Shown in pieces: positions 13,201 through 26,149 of a stretch of 64,000 nucleotides of DNA. The DNA comes from Eledone cirrhosa (Eukaryota), in NCBI GenBank assembly GCA_964016885.1, contig OZ024764.1, positions 18,910,001-18,974,000 of the forward strand. The letters are read 5' to 3'. The translations under genes and the position numbers were made by a program. Positions within the stretch are counted from its first letter, which is position 1. Each line of letters opens with the position of its first letter. The notes below the pieces were generated by a model. That model worked only from the letters and a program-made list of their open reading frames with translations. It was not told where the DNA came from and ran no database searches.

Positions 13201-15950
13201 AGTACCCAGTCCACCCTGTAAAGTGGTCATGTATGTGTCACAACAAAAAGTACCCAGTCCACACTGTAAAGTGGTCATGTATGTGTCACAACAAAAAGTA
13301 CCCAGTCCACACTGTAAAGTGGTCATGTAGGTGTCACAACAAAAAGTACCCAGTCCACACTGTAAAGTGGTCATGTAGGTGTCACAACAAAAAGTACCCA
13401 GTCCACACTGTAAAGTGGTCATGTAGGTGTCACAACAAAAAGTACCCAGTCCACACTGTAAAGTGGTCATGTAGGTGTCACAACAAAATATACCCAGTCC
13501 ACACTGTAAAGTGGTCATGTAGGTTTCACAACAAAAAGTACCCAGTCCACACTGTAAAGTGGTCATGTAGGTGTCACAACAAAAAGTACCCAGTCCACAC
13601 TGTAAAGTGGTCATGTAGGTGTCACAACAAAAAGTACCCAGTCCACCCTGTAAAGTGGTCATATATGTGTCACAACAAAAAGTACCCAGTCCACCCTGTA
13701 AAGAGGTCATGTATGTGTCACAACAAAAACTACCCAGTCCACACTGTAAAGTGGTCATGTATGTGTGACAACAAAAAGTACCCAGTCCACACTGTAAAGT
13801 GGTCATGTAGGTGTCACAACAAAAAGTACCCAGTCCACACTGTAAAGTGGTCATGTAGGTGTCACAACAAAATGTAGCCAGTCCACACTGTAAAGTTGTC
13901 ATGTAGGTGTCATAACAAAAAGTACCCAGTCCACACTGTAAAGTGGTCAGGTAGGTGTCACAACAAAAAGTACCCAGTTCACACTGTAAAGTGGTCATGT
14001 AGGTGTCACAACAAAAATTACCCAGCCCGCACTGTAAAGTGGTCAGGTAGGTATCATGACAAAAAGTACCCAGTCCACACTGTAAAGTGGTCATGTAGGT
14101 ATCATGACAAAAAGTACCCAGTCCACACTGTAAAGTGGTCATGTAGGTGTCACAACAAACAACACCCAGTCCACACTGTAAAGTGGTCATGTATGTGTCA
14201 CAACAAAAAGTGCCCAGTCCACACTGTAAAGCGGTCATGTATGTGTCACAACAAAAGGTACCCAGTCCACACTGTAAAGTGGTCATGTAGGTGTCACAAC
14301 AAAAAGTACCCAGTCCACACTGTAAAGTGGTCATGTAGGTGTCACAACAAAAAGTACCCAGTCCACACTGTAAAGTTGTCATGTAGGTGTCATAACAAAA
14401 AGTACCCAGTCAACACTGTAAAGTGGTCAGGTAGGTGTCACAACAAAAAGTACCCAGTCCACACTGTAAAGTGGTCATGTAGGTGTCACAACAAAAAGTA
14501 CCCAGTCCACACTGTAAAGTGGTCAGGTAGGTATCATGACAAAAAGTACCCAGTCCACACTGTAAAGTGGTCATGTACGTGTCACAACAAAATATACCCA
14601 GTCCACACTGTAAAGTGGTCATGTAGGTGTCACAACAAAAAGTACCCAGTCCACACTGTAAAGTGGTCATGTAGGTGTCACAACAAAAAGTACCCAGTCC
14701 ACACTGTAAAGTGGTCATGTAGGTGTCACAACAAAAAGTACCCAGTCCACCCTGCAAAGTGGTCATATATGTGTCACAACAAAAAGTACCCAGTCCACAC
14801 TGTAAAGTGGTCATGTAGGTGTCACAACAAAAAGTACCCAGTCCACACTGTAAAGTGGTCATGTAGGTGTCACAACAAAAAGTACCCAGTCCACACTGTA
14901 AAGTGGTCATGTAGGTGTCACAACAAACAACACCCAGTCCACACTGTAAAGTGGTCATGTAGGTGTCACGACAAAAAGTACCCAGTCCACCTCTGTAAAG
15001 TGGTCATGTAGGTTTCACAACAAAAAGTACCAAGTCCACCCTGTAAAGTGGTCATGTAGGTGTCACGACAAAAAGTACCCAGTCCACACTGTAAAGTGGT
15101 CATGTAGGTGTCACAACAAAAAGTACCCAGTCCACACTGTAAAGTGGTCATGTAGGTGTCACAACAAAAAGTACCCAGTCCACACTGTAAAGTGGTCATG
15201 TAGGTGTCACAACAAAATATACCCAGTCCACACTGTAAAGTGGTCATGTAGGTGTCACAACAAAAATTACCCAGTCCACACTGTAAAGTGGTCATGTAGG
15301 TGTCACAACAAAAAGTACCCAGTCCACACTGTAAAGTGGTCATGTAGGTGTCACAACAAAAAGTACCCAGTCCACCCTGTAAAGTGGTCATATATGTGTT
15401 ACAACAAAAAGTACCCAGTCCACCCTGTAAAGTGGTCATGTATGTGTCACAACAAAAAGTACCCAGTCCACACTGTAAAGTGGTCATGTATGTGTCACAA
15501 CAAAAACTACCCAGTCCACACTGTAAAGTGGTCATGTAGGTATCATGACAAAAAGTACCCAGTCCACACTGTAAAGTGGTCATGTAGGTGTCACAACAAA
15601 AAGTACCCAGTCCACACTGTAAAGTGGTCATGTAGGTGTCACAACAAAAAGTACCCAGTCCACACTGTAAAGTGGTCAGGTAGGTATCATGACAAAAAGT
15701 ACCCAGTCCACACTGTAAAGTGGTCATGTAGGTATCATGACAAAAAGTACCCAGTCCACACTGTAAAGTGGTCATGTAGGTGTCACAACAAAAAGTACCC
15801 AGTGCACCCTGTAAAGTGGTCATATAGGTGTCACAACAAAAAGTACCCAGTCCACTCTGTAAAGTGGTCATGTATGTGTCACAACAAAAAGTACCCAGTC
15901 CACACTGTAAAGTGGTCATGTAGGTGTCACAACAAAAAGTACCCAGTCCA
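8500..15950. repeat. Tandem higher-order duplication, offset 3745 bp (78 monomers plus 1 bp)
   Basis: Matching ORF pairs: 8576/12321, 8850/12595, 9330/13075, 10151/13896, 11221/14966, 11603/15348. Confidence 0.9.
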
Positions 15951-18900
15951 CACTGTAATGTGGTCATGTAGGTGTCATAACAAAAAGTACCCAGTCCACA
16001 CTGTAAAGTGGTCATGTAGGTGTCATAACCAAAAGTACCCAGTCCACAGTGTAAAGTGGTCATATAGGTGTCACAACAAAAAGTACCCAGTCCACACTAT
16101 AATGTGGTCATGTAGGTGTCACAACAAAAAGTACTCAGTCCACACTGTAAAGTGGTCATGTAGGTGTCATAACAAAAAGTACCCAGTCCACACTGTAAAG
16201 TGGTTATGTAGGTGTCATAACCAAAAGTACCCAGTCCACACTGTAAAGTGGTCATGTAGGTGTCACAACAAAAAGTACCCAGTCCACACTGTCAAGTGGT
16301 CATGTAGGTGTCACAACAAAAAGTACCTAGTCCACACTGTCAACTGGTCATGTAGCTGTCACAACAAAAAGTACCCAGTCCACACTGTAATGTGGTCATG
16401 CAGGTTTCACAACAAAAAGTACCCAGTCCACACTGTAATGTGGTCATGTAGGTGTCACAACAAAAGGTACCCAGTCCACACTGTCAACTGGTCATGTAGC
16501 TGTCACAACAAAAAGTACCCAGTCCACACTGTAATGTGGTCATGCAGGTTTCACAACAAAAAGTACCCAGTCCACACTGTAAAGTGGTCATGTAGGTGTC
16601 ACAACAAAAAGTACCCAGTCCACACTGTAAAGTGGTCATGTAGGTATCATGACAAAAAGTACCCAGTCCACACTGTAAAGTGGTCATGTAGGTGTCACAA
16701 CAAAAAGTACCCAGTCCACACTGTAAAGTGGTCATGTAGGTGTCATAACAAAAAGTACCCAGTCCACACTGTAAAGTGGTCATGTAGGTGTCACAACAAA
16801 AAGTACCCAGACCACACTGTAAAGTGGTCAGGTAGATATCATGACAAAAAGTACCCAGTCCACACTGTAAAGTGGTCATGTAGGTATCATGACAAAAAGT
16901 ACACAGTCCACACTGTAAAGTGGTCATGTAGGTGTCACAACAAACAACACCCAGTCCACACTGTAAAGTGGTCATGTAGGTGTCACAACAAAAAGTACCC
17001 AGTCCACCCTGTAAAGTGGTCATATAGGTGTCACAACAAAATGTACCCAGTCCACCCTGTAAAGTGGTCATGTATGTGTTACAACATAAAGTACCCAGTC
17101 CACACTGTAAAGTGGTCATGTATGTGTCACAACAAAAAGTACCCAGTCCACACTTTAAAGTGGTCATCTAGGTGTCACAACAAAAAGTACCCAGTCCACA
17201 CTGTAAAGTGGTCATGTAGGTGTCACGACAAAAAGTACCCAGTCCACACTGTAGAGTGGTCATGTAGGTGTCACAACAAAAAGTACCCAGACCACCCTGT
17301 AAAGTGGTCATGTAGGTGTCACGACAAAAAGTACCCAGTCCACCCTGTAAAGTGGTCATGTAGGTGTCACGACAAAATGTACCCAGTCCACACTGTAAAG
17401 TGGTCATGTAGGTGTCACGACAAAAATTACCCAGTCCACTCTGTAAAGTGGTCATGTAGGTGTCACAACAAAAAGTACCCAGTCCACGCTGTAATGTGGT
17501 CATGTAGATGTCACAACAAAAAGTACCCAGTCCACACTGTAAAGTGGTCATGTAGGTGTCACAACAAACAACACCCAGTCCACACTGTAAAGTGGTCATG
17601 TAGGTGTCACGACAAAAAGTACCCAGTCCACCTCTGTAAAGTGGTCATGTAGGTTTCACAACAAAAAGTACCAAGTCCACCCTGTAAAGTGGTCATGTAG
17701 GTGTCACGACAAAAAGTACCCAGTCCACACTGTAAAGTGGTCATGTAGGTGTCACAACAAAAAGTACCCAGTCCACACTGTAAAGTGGTCATGTAGGTGT
17801 CACAACAAAAAGTACCCAGTCCACACTGTAAAGTGGTCATGTAGGTGTCACAACAAAATATACCCAGTCCACACTGTAAAGTGGTCATGTAGGTGTCACA
17901 ACAAAAATTACCCAGTCCACACTGTAAAGTGGTCATGTAGGTGTCACAACAAAAAGTACCCAGTCCACACTGTAAAGTGGTCATGTAGGTGTCACAACAA
18001 AAAGTACCCAGTCCACCCTGTAAAGTGGTCATATATGTGTTACAACAAAAAGTACCCAGTCCACCCTGTAAAGTGGTCATGTATGTGTCACAACAAAAAG
18101 TACCCAGTCCACACTGTAAAGTGGTCATGTATGTGTCACAACAAAAACTACCCAGTCCACACTGTAAAGTGGTCATGTAGGTATCATGACAAAAAGTACC
18201 CAGTCCACACTGTAAAGTGGTCATGTAGGTGTCACAACAAAAAGTACCCAGTCCACACTGTAAAGTGGTCATGTAGGTGTCACAACAAAAAGTACCCAGT
18301 CCACACTGTAAAGTGGTCAGGTAGGTATCATGACAAAAAGTACCCAGTCCACACTGTAAAGTGGTCATGTAGGTATCATGACAAAAAGTACCCAGTCCAC
18401 ACTGTAAAGTGGTCATGTAGGTGTCACAACAAAAAGTACCCAGTGCACCCTGTAAAGTGGTCATATAGGTGTCACAACAAAAAGTACCCAGTCCACTCTG
18501 TAAAGTGGTCATGTATGTGTCACAACAAAAAGTACCCAGTCCACACTGTAAAGTGGTCATGTAGGTGTCACAACAAAAAGTACCCAATCCACACTGTAAA
18601 GAGGTCATGTTGGTGTCACAACAAAAAGTACCCAGTCCACACTGTAAAGTGGTCATGTAGGTGACACAACAAAAAGTACCCAGTCCACCCTGTAAAGTGG
18701 TCATATATGTGTCACAACAAAAAGTACCCAGTCCACCCTGTAAAGTGGTCATGTATGTGTCACAACAAAAAGTACCCAGTCCACACTGTAAAGTGGTCAT
18801 GTATGTGTCACAACAAAAAGTACCCAGTCCACACTGTAAAGTGGTCATGTAGGTGTCACAACAAAAAGTACTCAGTCCACACTGTAAAGTGGTCATGTAG

Positions 18901-21900
18901 GTGTCACAACAAAAAGTACCCAGTCCACACTGTAAAGTGGTCATGTAGGTGTCACAACAAAAAGTACCCAGTCCACACTGTCAAGTGGTCATGTAGGTGT
19001 CACAACAAAAAGTACCTAGTCCACACTGTAAAGTGGTCATGTAGCTGTCACAACAAAAAGTACCCAGTCCACACTGTAATGTGGTCATGCAGGTTTCACA
19101 ACAAAAAGTACCCAGTCCACACTGTAAAGTGGTCATGTAGGTGTCACAACAAAAAGTACCCAGTCCACCCTGTAAAGTGGTCATGTAGGTGTCACGACAA
19201 AAAGTACCCAGTCCACACTGTAAAGTGGTCATGTAGGTGTCACAACAAAAAGTACCCAATCCACACTGTAAAGAGGTCATGTTGGTGTCACAACAAAAAG
19301 TACCCAGTCCACACTGTAAAGTGGTCATGTAGGTGTCACAACAAAAAGTACCCAGTCCACACTGTAAAGTGGTCATGTAGGTGTCACAACAAAAAGTACC
19401 CAGTCCACACTGTAAAGTGGTCATGTAGGTGTCACAACAAAAAGTACCCAGTCCACACTGTCAAGTGGTCATGTAGGTGTCACAACAAAAAGTACCCAAT
19501 CCACACTTTAAAGTGGTCATGTAGGTGTCACAACAAAAAGTACCCAGTCCACCCTGTAAAGTGGTCATATATGTGTCACAACAAAAAGTACCCAGTCCAC
19601 CCTGTAAAGTGGTCATGTATGTGTCACAACAAAAAGTACCCAGTCCACACTGTAAAGTGGTCATGTATGTGTCACAACAAAAAGTACCCAGTCCACACTG
19701 TAAAGTGGTCATGTAGGTGTCACAACAAAAAGTACCCAGTCCACACTGTAAAGTGGTCATGTAGGTGTCACAACAAAAAGTACCCAGTCCACACTGTAAA
19801 GTGGTCATGTAGGTGTCACAACAAAAAGTACCCAGTCCACACTGTAAAGTGGTCATGTAGGTGTCACAACAAAATATACCCAGTCCACACTGTAAAGTGG
19901 TCATGTAGGTTTCACAACAAAAAGTACCCAGTCCACACTGTAAAGTGGTCATGTAGGTGTCACAACAAAAAGTACCCAGTCCACACTGTAAAGTGGTCAT
20001 GTAGGTGTCACAACAAAAAGTACCCAGTCCACCCTGTAAAGTGGTCATATATGTGTCACAACAAAAAGTACCCAGTCCACCCTGTAAAGAGGTCATGTAT
20101 GTGTCACAACAAAAACTACCCAGTCCACACTGTAAAGTGGTCATGTATGTGTGACAACAAAAAGTACCCAGTCCACACTGTAAAGTGGTCATGTAGGTGT
20201 CACAACAAAAAGTACCCAGTCCACACTGTAAAGTGGTCATGTAGGTGTCACAACAAAATGTAGCCAGTCCACACTGTAAAGTTGTCATGTAGGTGTCATA
20301 ACAAAAAGTACCCAGTCCACACTGTAAAGTGGTCAGGTAGGTGTCACAACAAAAAGTACCCAGTTCACACTGTAAAGTGGTCATGTAGGTGTCACAACAA
20401 AAATTACCCAGCCCGCACTGTAAAGTGGTCAGGTAGGTATCATGACAAAAAGTACCCAGTCCACACTGTAAAGTGGTCATGTAGGTATCATGACAAAAAG
20501 TACCCAGTCCACACTGTAAAGTGGTCATGTAGGTGTCACAACAAACAACACCCAGTCCACACTGTAAAGTGGTCATGTATGTGTCACAACAAAAAGTGCC
20601 CAGTCCACACTGTAAAGCGGTCATGTATGTGTCACAACAAAAGGTACCCAGTCCACACTGTAAAGTGGTCATGTAGGTGTCACAACAAAAAGTACCCAGT
20701 CCACACTGTAAAGTGGTCATGTAGGTGTCACAACAAAAAGTACCCAGTCCACACTGTAAAGTTGTCATGTAGGTGTCATAACAAAAAGTACCCAGTCAAC
20801 ACTGTAAAGTGGTCAGGTAGGTGTCACAACAAAAAGTACCCAGTCCACACTGTAAAGTGGTCATGTAGGTGTCACAACAAAAAGTACCCAGTCCACACTG
20901 TAAAGTGGTCAGGTAGGTATCATGACAAAAAGTACCCAGTCCACACTGTAAAGTGGTCATGTACGTGTCACAACAAAATATACCCAGTCCACACTGTAAA
21001 GTGGTCATGTAGGTGTCACAACAAAAAGTACCCAGTCCACACTGTAAAGTGGTCATGTAGGTGTCACAACAAAAAGTACCCAGTCCACACTGTAAAGTGG
21101 TCATGTAGGTGTCACAACAAAAAGTACCCAGTCCACCCTGCAAAGTGGTCATATATGTGTCACAACAAAAAGTACCCAGTCCACACTGTAAAGTGGTCAT
21201 GTAGGTGTCACAACAAAAAGTACCCAGTCCACACTGTAAAGTGGTCATGTAGGTGTCACAACAAAAAGTACCCAGTCCACACTGTAAAGTGGTCATGTAG
21301 GTGTCACAACAAACAACACCCAGTCCACACTGTAAAGTGGTCATGTAGGTGTCACGACAAAAAGTACCCAGTCCACCTCTGTAAAGTGGTCATGTAGGTT
21401 TCACAACAAAAAGTACCAAGTCCACCCTGTAAAGTGGTCATGTAGGTGTCACGACAAAAAGTACCCAGTCCACACTGTAAAGTGGTCATGTAGGTGTCAC
21501 AACAAAAAGTACCCAGTCCACACTGTAAAGTGGTCATGTAGGTGTCACAACAAAAAGTACCCAGTCCACACTGTAAAGTGGTCATGTAGGTGTCACAACA
21601 AAATATACCCAGTCCACACTGTAAAGTGGTCATGTAGGTGTCACAACAAAAATTACCCAGTCCACACTGTAAAGTGGTCATGTAGGTGTCACAACAAAAA
21701 GTACCCAGTCCACACTGTAAAGTGGTCATGTAGGTGTCACAACAAAAAGTACCCAGTCCACCCTGTAAAGTGGTCATATATGTGTTACAACAAAAAGTAC
21801 CCAGTCCACCCTGTAAAGTGGTCATGTATGTGTCACAACAAAAAGTACCCAGTCCACACTGTAAAGTGGTCATGTATGTGTCACAACAAAAACTACCCAG

Positions 21901-23930
21901 TCCACACTGTAAAGTGGTCATGTAGGTATCATGACAAAAAGTACCCAGTCCACACTGTAAAGTGGTCATGTAGGTGTCACAACAAAAAGTACCCAGTCCA
22001 CACTGTAAAGTGGTCATGTAGGTGTCACAACAAAAAGTACCCAGTCCACACTGTAAAGTGGTCAGGTAGGTATCATGACAAAAAGTACCCAGTCCACACT
22101 GTAAAGTGGTCATGTAGGTATCATGACAAAAAGTACCCAGTCCACACTGTAAAGTGGTCATGTAGGTGTCACAACAAAAAGTACCCAGTGCACCCTGTAA
22201 AGTGGTCATATAGGTGTCACAACAAAAAGTACCCAGTCCACTCTGTAAAGTGGTCATGTATGTGTCACAACAAAAAGTACCCAGTCCACACTGTAAAGTG
22301 GTCATGTAGGTGTCACAACAAAAAGTACCCAGTCCACACTGTAATGTGGTCATGTAGGTGTCATAACAAAAAGTACCCAGTCCACACTGTAAAGTGGTCA
22401 TGTAGGTGTCATAACCAAAAGTACCCAGTCCACAGTGTAAAGTGGTCATATAGGTGTCACAACAAAAAGTACCCAGTCCACACTATAATGTGGTCATGTA
22501 GGTGTCACAACAAAAAGTACTCAGTCCACACTGTAAAGTGGTCATGTAGGTGTCATAACAAAAAGTACCCAGTCCACACTGTAAAGTGGTTATGTAGGTG
22601 TCATAACCAAAAGTACCCAGTCCACACTGTAAAGTGGTCATGTAGGTGTCACAACAAAAAGTACCCAGTCCACACTGTCAAGTGGTCATGTAGGTGTCAC
22701 AACAAAAAGTACCTAGTCCACACTGTCAACTGGTCATGTAGCTGTCACAACAAAAAGTACCCAGTCCACACTGTAATGTGGTCATGCAGGTTTCACAACA
22801 AAAAGTACCCAGTCCACACTGTAATGTGGTCATGTAGGTGTCACAACAAAAGGTACCCAGTCCACACTGTCAACTGGTCATGTAGCTGTCACAACAAAAA
22901 GTACCCAGTCCACACTGTAATGTGGTCATGCAGGTTTCACAACAAAAAGTACCCAGTCCACACTGTAAAGTGGTCATGTAGGTGTCACAACAAAAAGTAC
23001 CCAGTCCACACTGTAAAGTGGTCATGTAGGTATCATGACAAAAAGTACCCAGTCCACACTGTAAAGTGGTCATGTAGGTGTCACAACAAAAAGTACCCAG
23101 TCCACACTGTAAAGTGGTCATGTAGGTGTCATAACAAAAAGTACCCAGTCCACACTGTAAAGTGGTCATGTAGGTGTCACAACAAAAAGTACCCAGACCA
23201 CACTGTAAAGTGGTCAGGTAGATATCATGACAAAAAGTACCCAGTCCACACTGTAAAGTGGTCATGTAGGTATCATGACAAAAAGTACACAGTCCACACT
23301 GTAAAGTGGTCATGTAGGTGTCACAACAAACAACACCCAGTCCACACTGTAAAGTGGTCATGTAGGTGTCACAACAAAAAGTACCCAGTCCACCCTGTAA
23401 AGTGGTCATATAGGTGTCACAACAAAATGTACCCAGTCCACCCTGTAAAGTGGTCATGTATGTGTTACAACATAAAGTACCCAGTCCACACTGTAAAGTG
23501 GTCATGTATGTGTCACAACAAAAAGTACCCAGTCCACACTTTAAAGTGGTCATCTAGGTGTCACAACAAAAAGTACCCAGTCCACACTGTAAAGTGGTCA
23601 TGTAGGTGTCACGACAAAAAGTACCCAGTCCACACTGTAGAGTGGTCATGTAGGTGTCACAACAAAAAGTACCCAGACCACCCTGTAAAGTGGTCATGTA
23701 GGTGTCACGACAAAAAGTACCCAGTCCACCCTGTAAAGTGGTCATGTAGGTGTCACGACAAAATGTACCCAGTCCACACTGTAAAGTGGTCATGTAGGTG
23801 TCACGACAAAAATTACCCAGTCCACTCTGTAAAGTGGTCATGTAGGTGTCACAACAAAAAGTACCCAGTCCACGCTGTAATGTGGTCATGTAGATGTCAC
23901 AACAAAAAGTACCCAGTCCACACTGTAAAG
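11170..23930. repeat. Near-identical tandem duplication, offset 6386 bp (133 monomers plus 2 bp)
   Basis: Matching ORF pairs: 11221/17607, 12321/18707, 13075/19461, 13896/20282, 14966/21352, 16484/22870. Rare variants at 14578 and 14755 recur at 20964 and 21141. Confidence 0.92.
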
Positions 23931-26149
23931 AGGTCATGTAGGTGTCACAACAAAAAGTACCCAGTCCACACTGTAAAGTGGTCATGTAGGTGTCACAACA
24001 AAAAGTACCCAGTCCACACTGTAAAGTGGTCATGTAGGTGTCACAACAAAAAGTACCCAGTCCACACTGTAAAGTGGTCATCTAGGTGTCACAACAAAAA
24101 GTACCCAGTCCACACTGTAAAGTGGTCATATATGTGTCACAACAAAAAGTACCCAGTCCACCCTGTAAAGTGGTCATATATGTGTCACAACAAAAAGTAC
24201 CCAGTCCACCCCGTAAAGTGGTCATGTATGTGTCACAACAAAAAGTACCCAGTCCACACTGTAAAGTGGTCATGTAGGTGTCACAACAAAAAGTACCCAG
24301 TCTACCCTGTAAAGTGGTCATGTAGGTGTCACAACAAAAAGTACCCAGTCCACACTGTAAAGTGGTCATGTAGGTGTCATAACAAAAAGTACCCAGTCCA
24401 CACTGTAAAGTGGTCAGGTAGGTGTCACAACAAAAAGTACCCAGTCCACACTGTAAAGTCGTCATGTAGGTGTCACAACAAAAAGTACCCAGTCCACACT
24501 ATAAAGTGGTCATGTAGGTATCATGACAAAAAGTACCCAGTCCACACTGTAAAGTGGTCATGTAGGTGTCACAACAAACAACACCCAGTCCACACTGTAA
24601 AGTGGTCATGTAGGTGTCACGACAAAAAGTACCCAGTCCACCTCTGTAAAGTGGTCATGTAGGTTTCACAACAAAAAGTACCCAGTCCACACTGTAATGT
24701 GGTCATGTAGGTGTCACAACAAACAGCACCCAGTCCACACTGTAAAGTGGTCATGTAGGTATCATGACAAAAAGTACCAAGTCCACCCTGTAAAGTGGTC
24801 ATGTAGGTGTCACGACAAAAAGTACCCAGTCCACACTGTAAAGTGGTCATGTAGGTGTCACAACAAAAAGTACCCAGTCTACCCTGTAAAGTGGTCATGT
24901 AGGTGTCACGACAAAAAGTACCCAGTCCACACTGTAAAGTGGTCGTGTAGGTGTCACAACAAAAAGTACCCAGTCCACACTGTAAAGTGGTCATGTATGT
25001 GTCACAACAAAAAGTACCCAGTCCACACTGTAAAGTGGTCATGTAGGTTTCACAACAAAAAGTACCCAGTCCACACTGTAATGTGGTCATGTAGGTGTCA
25101 CAACAAACAGCACCCAGTCCACACTGTAAAGTGGTCATGTAGGTATCATGACAAAAAGTACCCAGTCCACCCTGTAAAGTGGTCATGTAGGTGTCACAAC
25201 AAAAAGTACCCAGTCCACACTGTAAAGTGGTCATGTAGGTGTCACAAAAAAAAGTACCCAGTCCACACTGTAAAGTGGTCATGTAGGTGTCACAACAAAC
25301 AACACCCAGTCCACACTGTAAAGTGGTCATGTATGTGTCACAACAAAAAGTACCCAGTCCACACTTTAAAGTGGTCATCTAGGTTTCACAACAAAAAGTA
25401 CCCAGTCCACCCTGTAAAGTGGTCATGTAGGTGTCACGACAAAAATTACCCAGTCCACACTGTAAAGTGGTCATGTAGGTGTCACAACAAAAGGTACCCA
25501 GACCACCCTGTAAAGTGGTCATGTAGGTGTCACGACAAAAAGTACCCAGTCCACCCTGTAAAGTGGTCATGTAGGTGTCACGACAAAAGGTACCCAGTCC
25601 ACACTGTAAAGTGGTCATGTAGGTGTCACAACAAAAAGTACCCAGTCCACACTGTAAAGTGGTCATCTAGGTGTCACAACAAAAAGTACCCAGTCCACAC
25701 TGTAAAGTGGTCATGTAGGTGTCACAACAAAATATACCCAGTCCACACTGTAAAGTGGTCATGTAGGTGTCACAACAAAAAGTACCCAGTCCACACTGTA
25801 AAGTGGTCATGTAGGTGTCACAACAAAAAGTACCCAGTCCACACTGTAAAGTGGTCATGTAGGTGTCACAACAAAAAGTACCCAGTCCACCCTGTAAAGT
25901 GGTCATATATGTGTCACAACAAAAAGTACCCAGTCCACCCTGTAAAGTGGTCATGTATGTGTCACAACAAAAAGTACCCAGTCCACACTGTAAAGTGGTC
26001 ATATAGGTGTCACAACAAAAAGTACCCAGTCCACACTGTAAAGTGGTCATGTAGGTGTCACAACAAACAACACCCAGTCCACACTGTAAAGTGGTCATGT
26101 AGGTGTCACGACAAAAAGTACCCAGTCCACCTCTGTAAAGTGGTCATGT

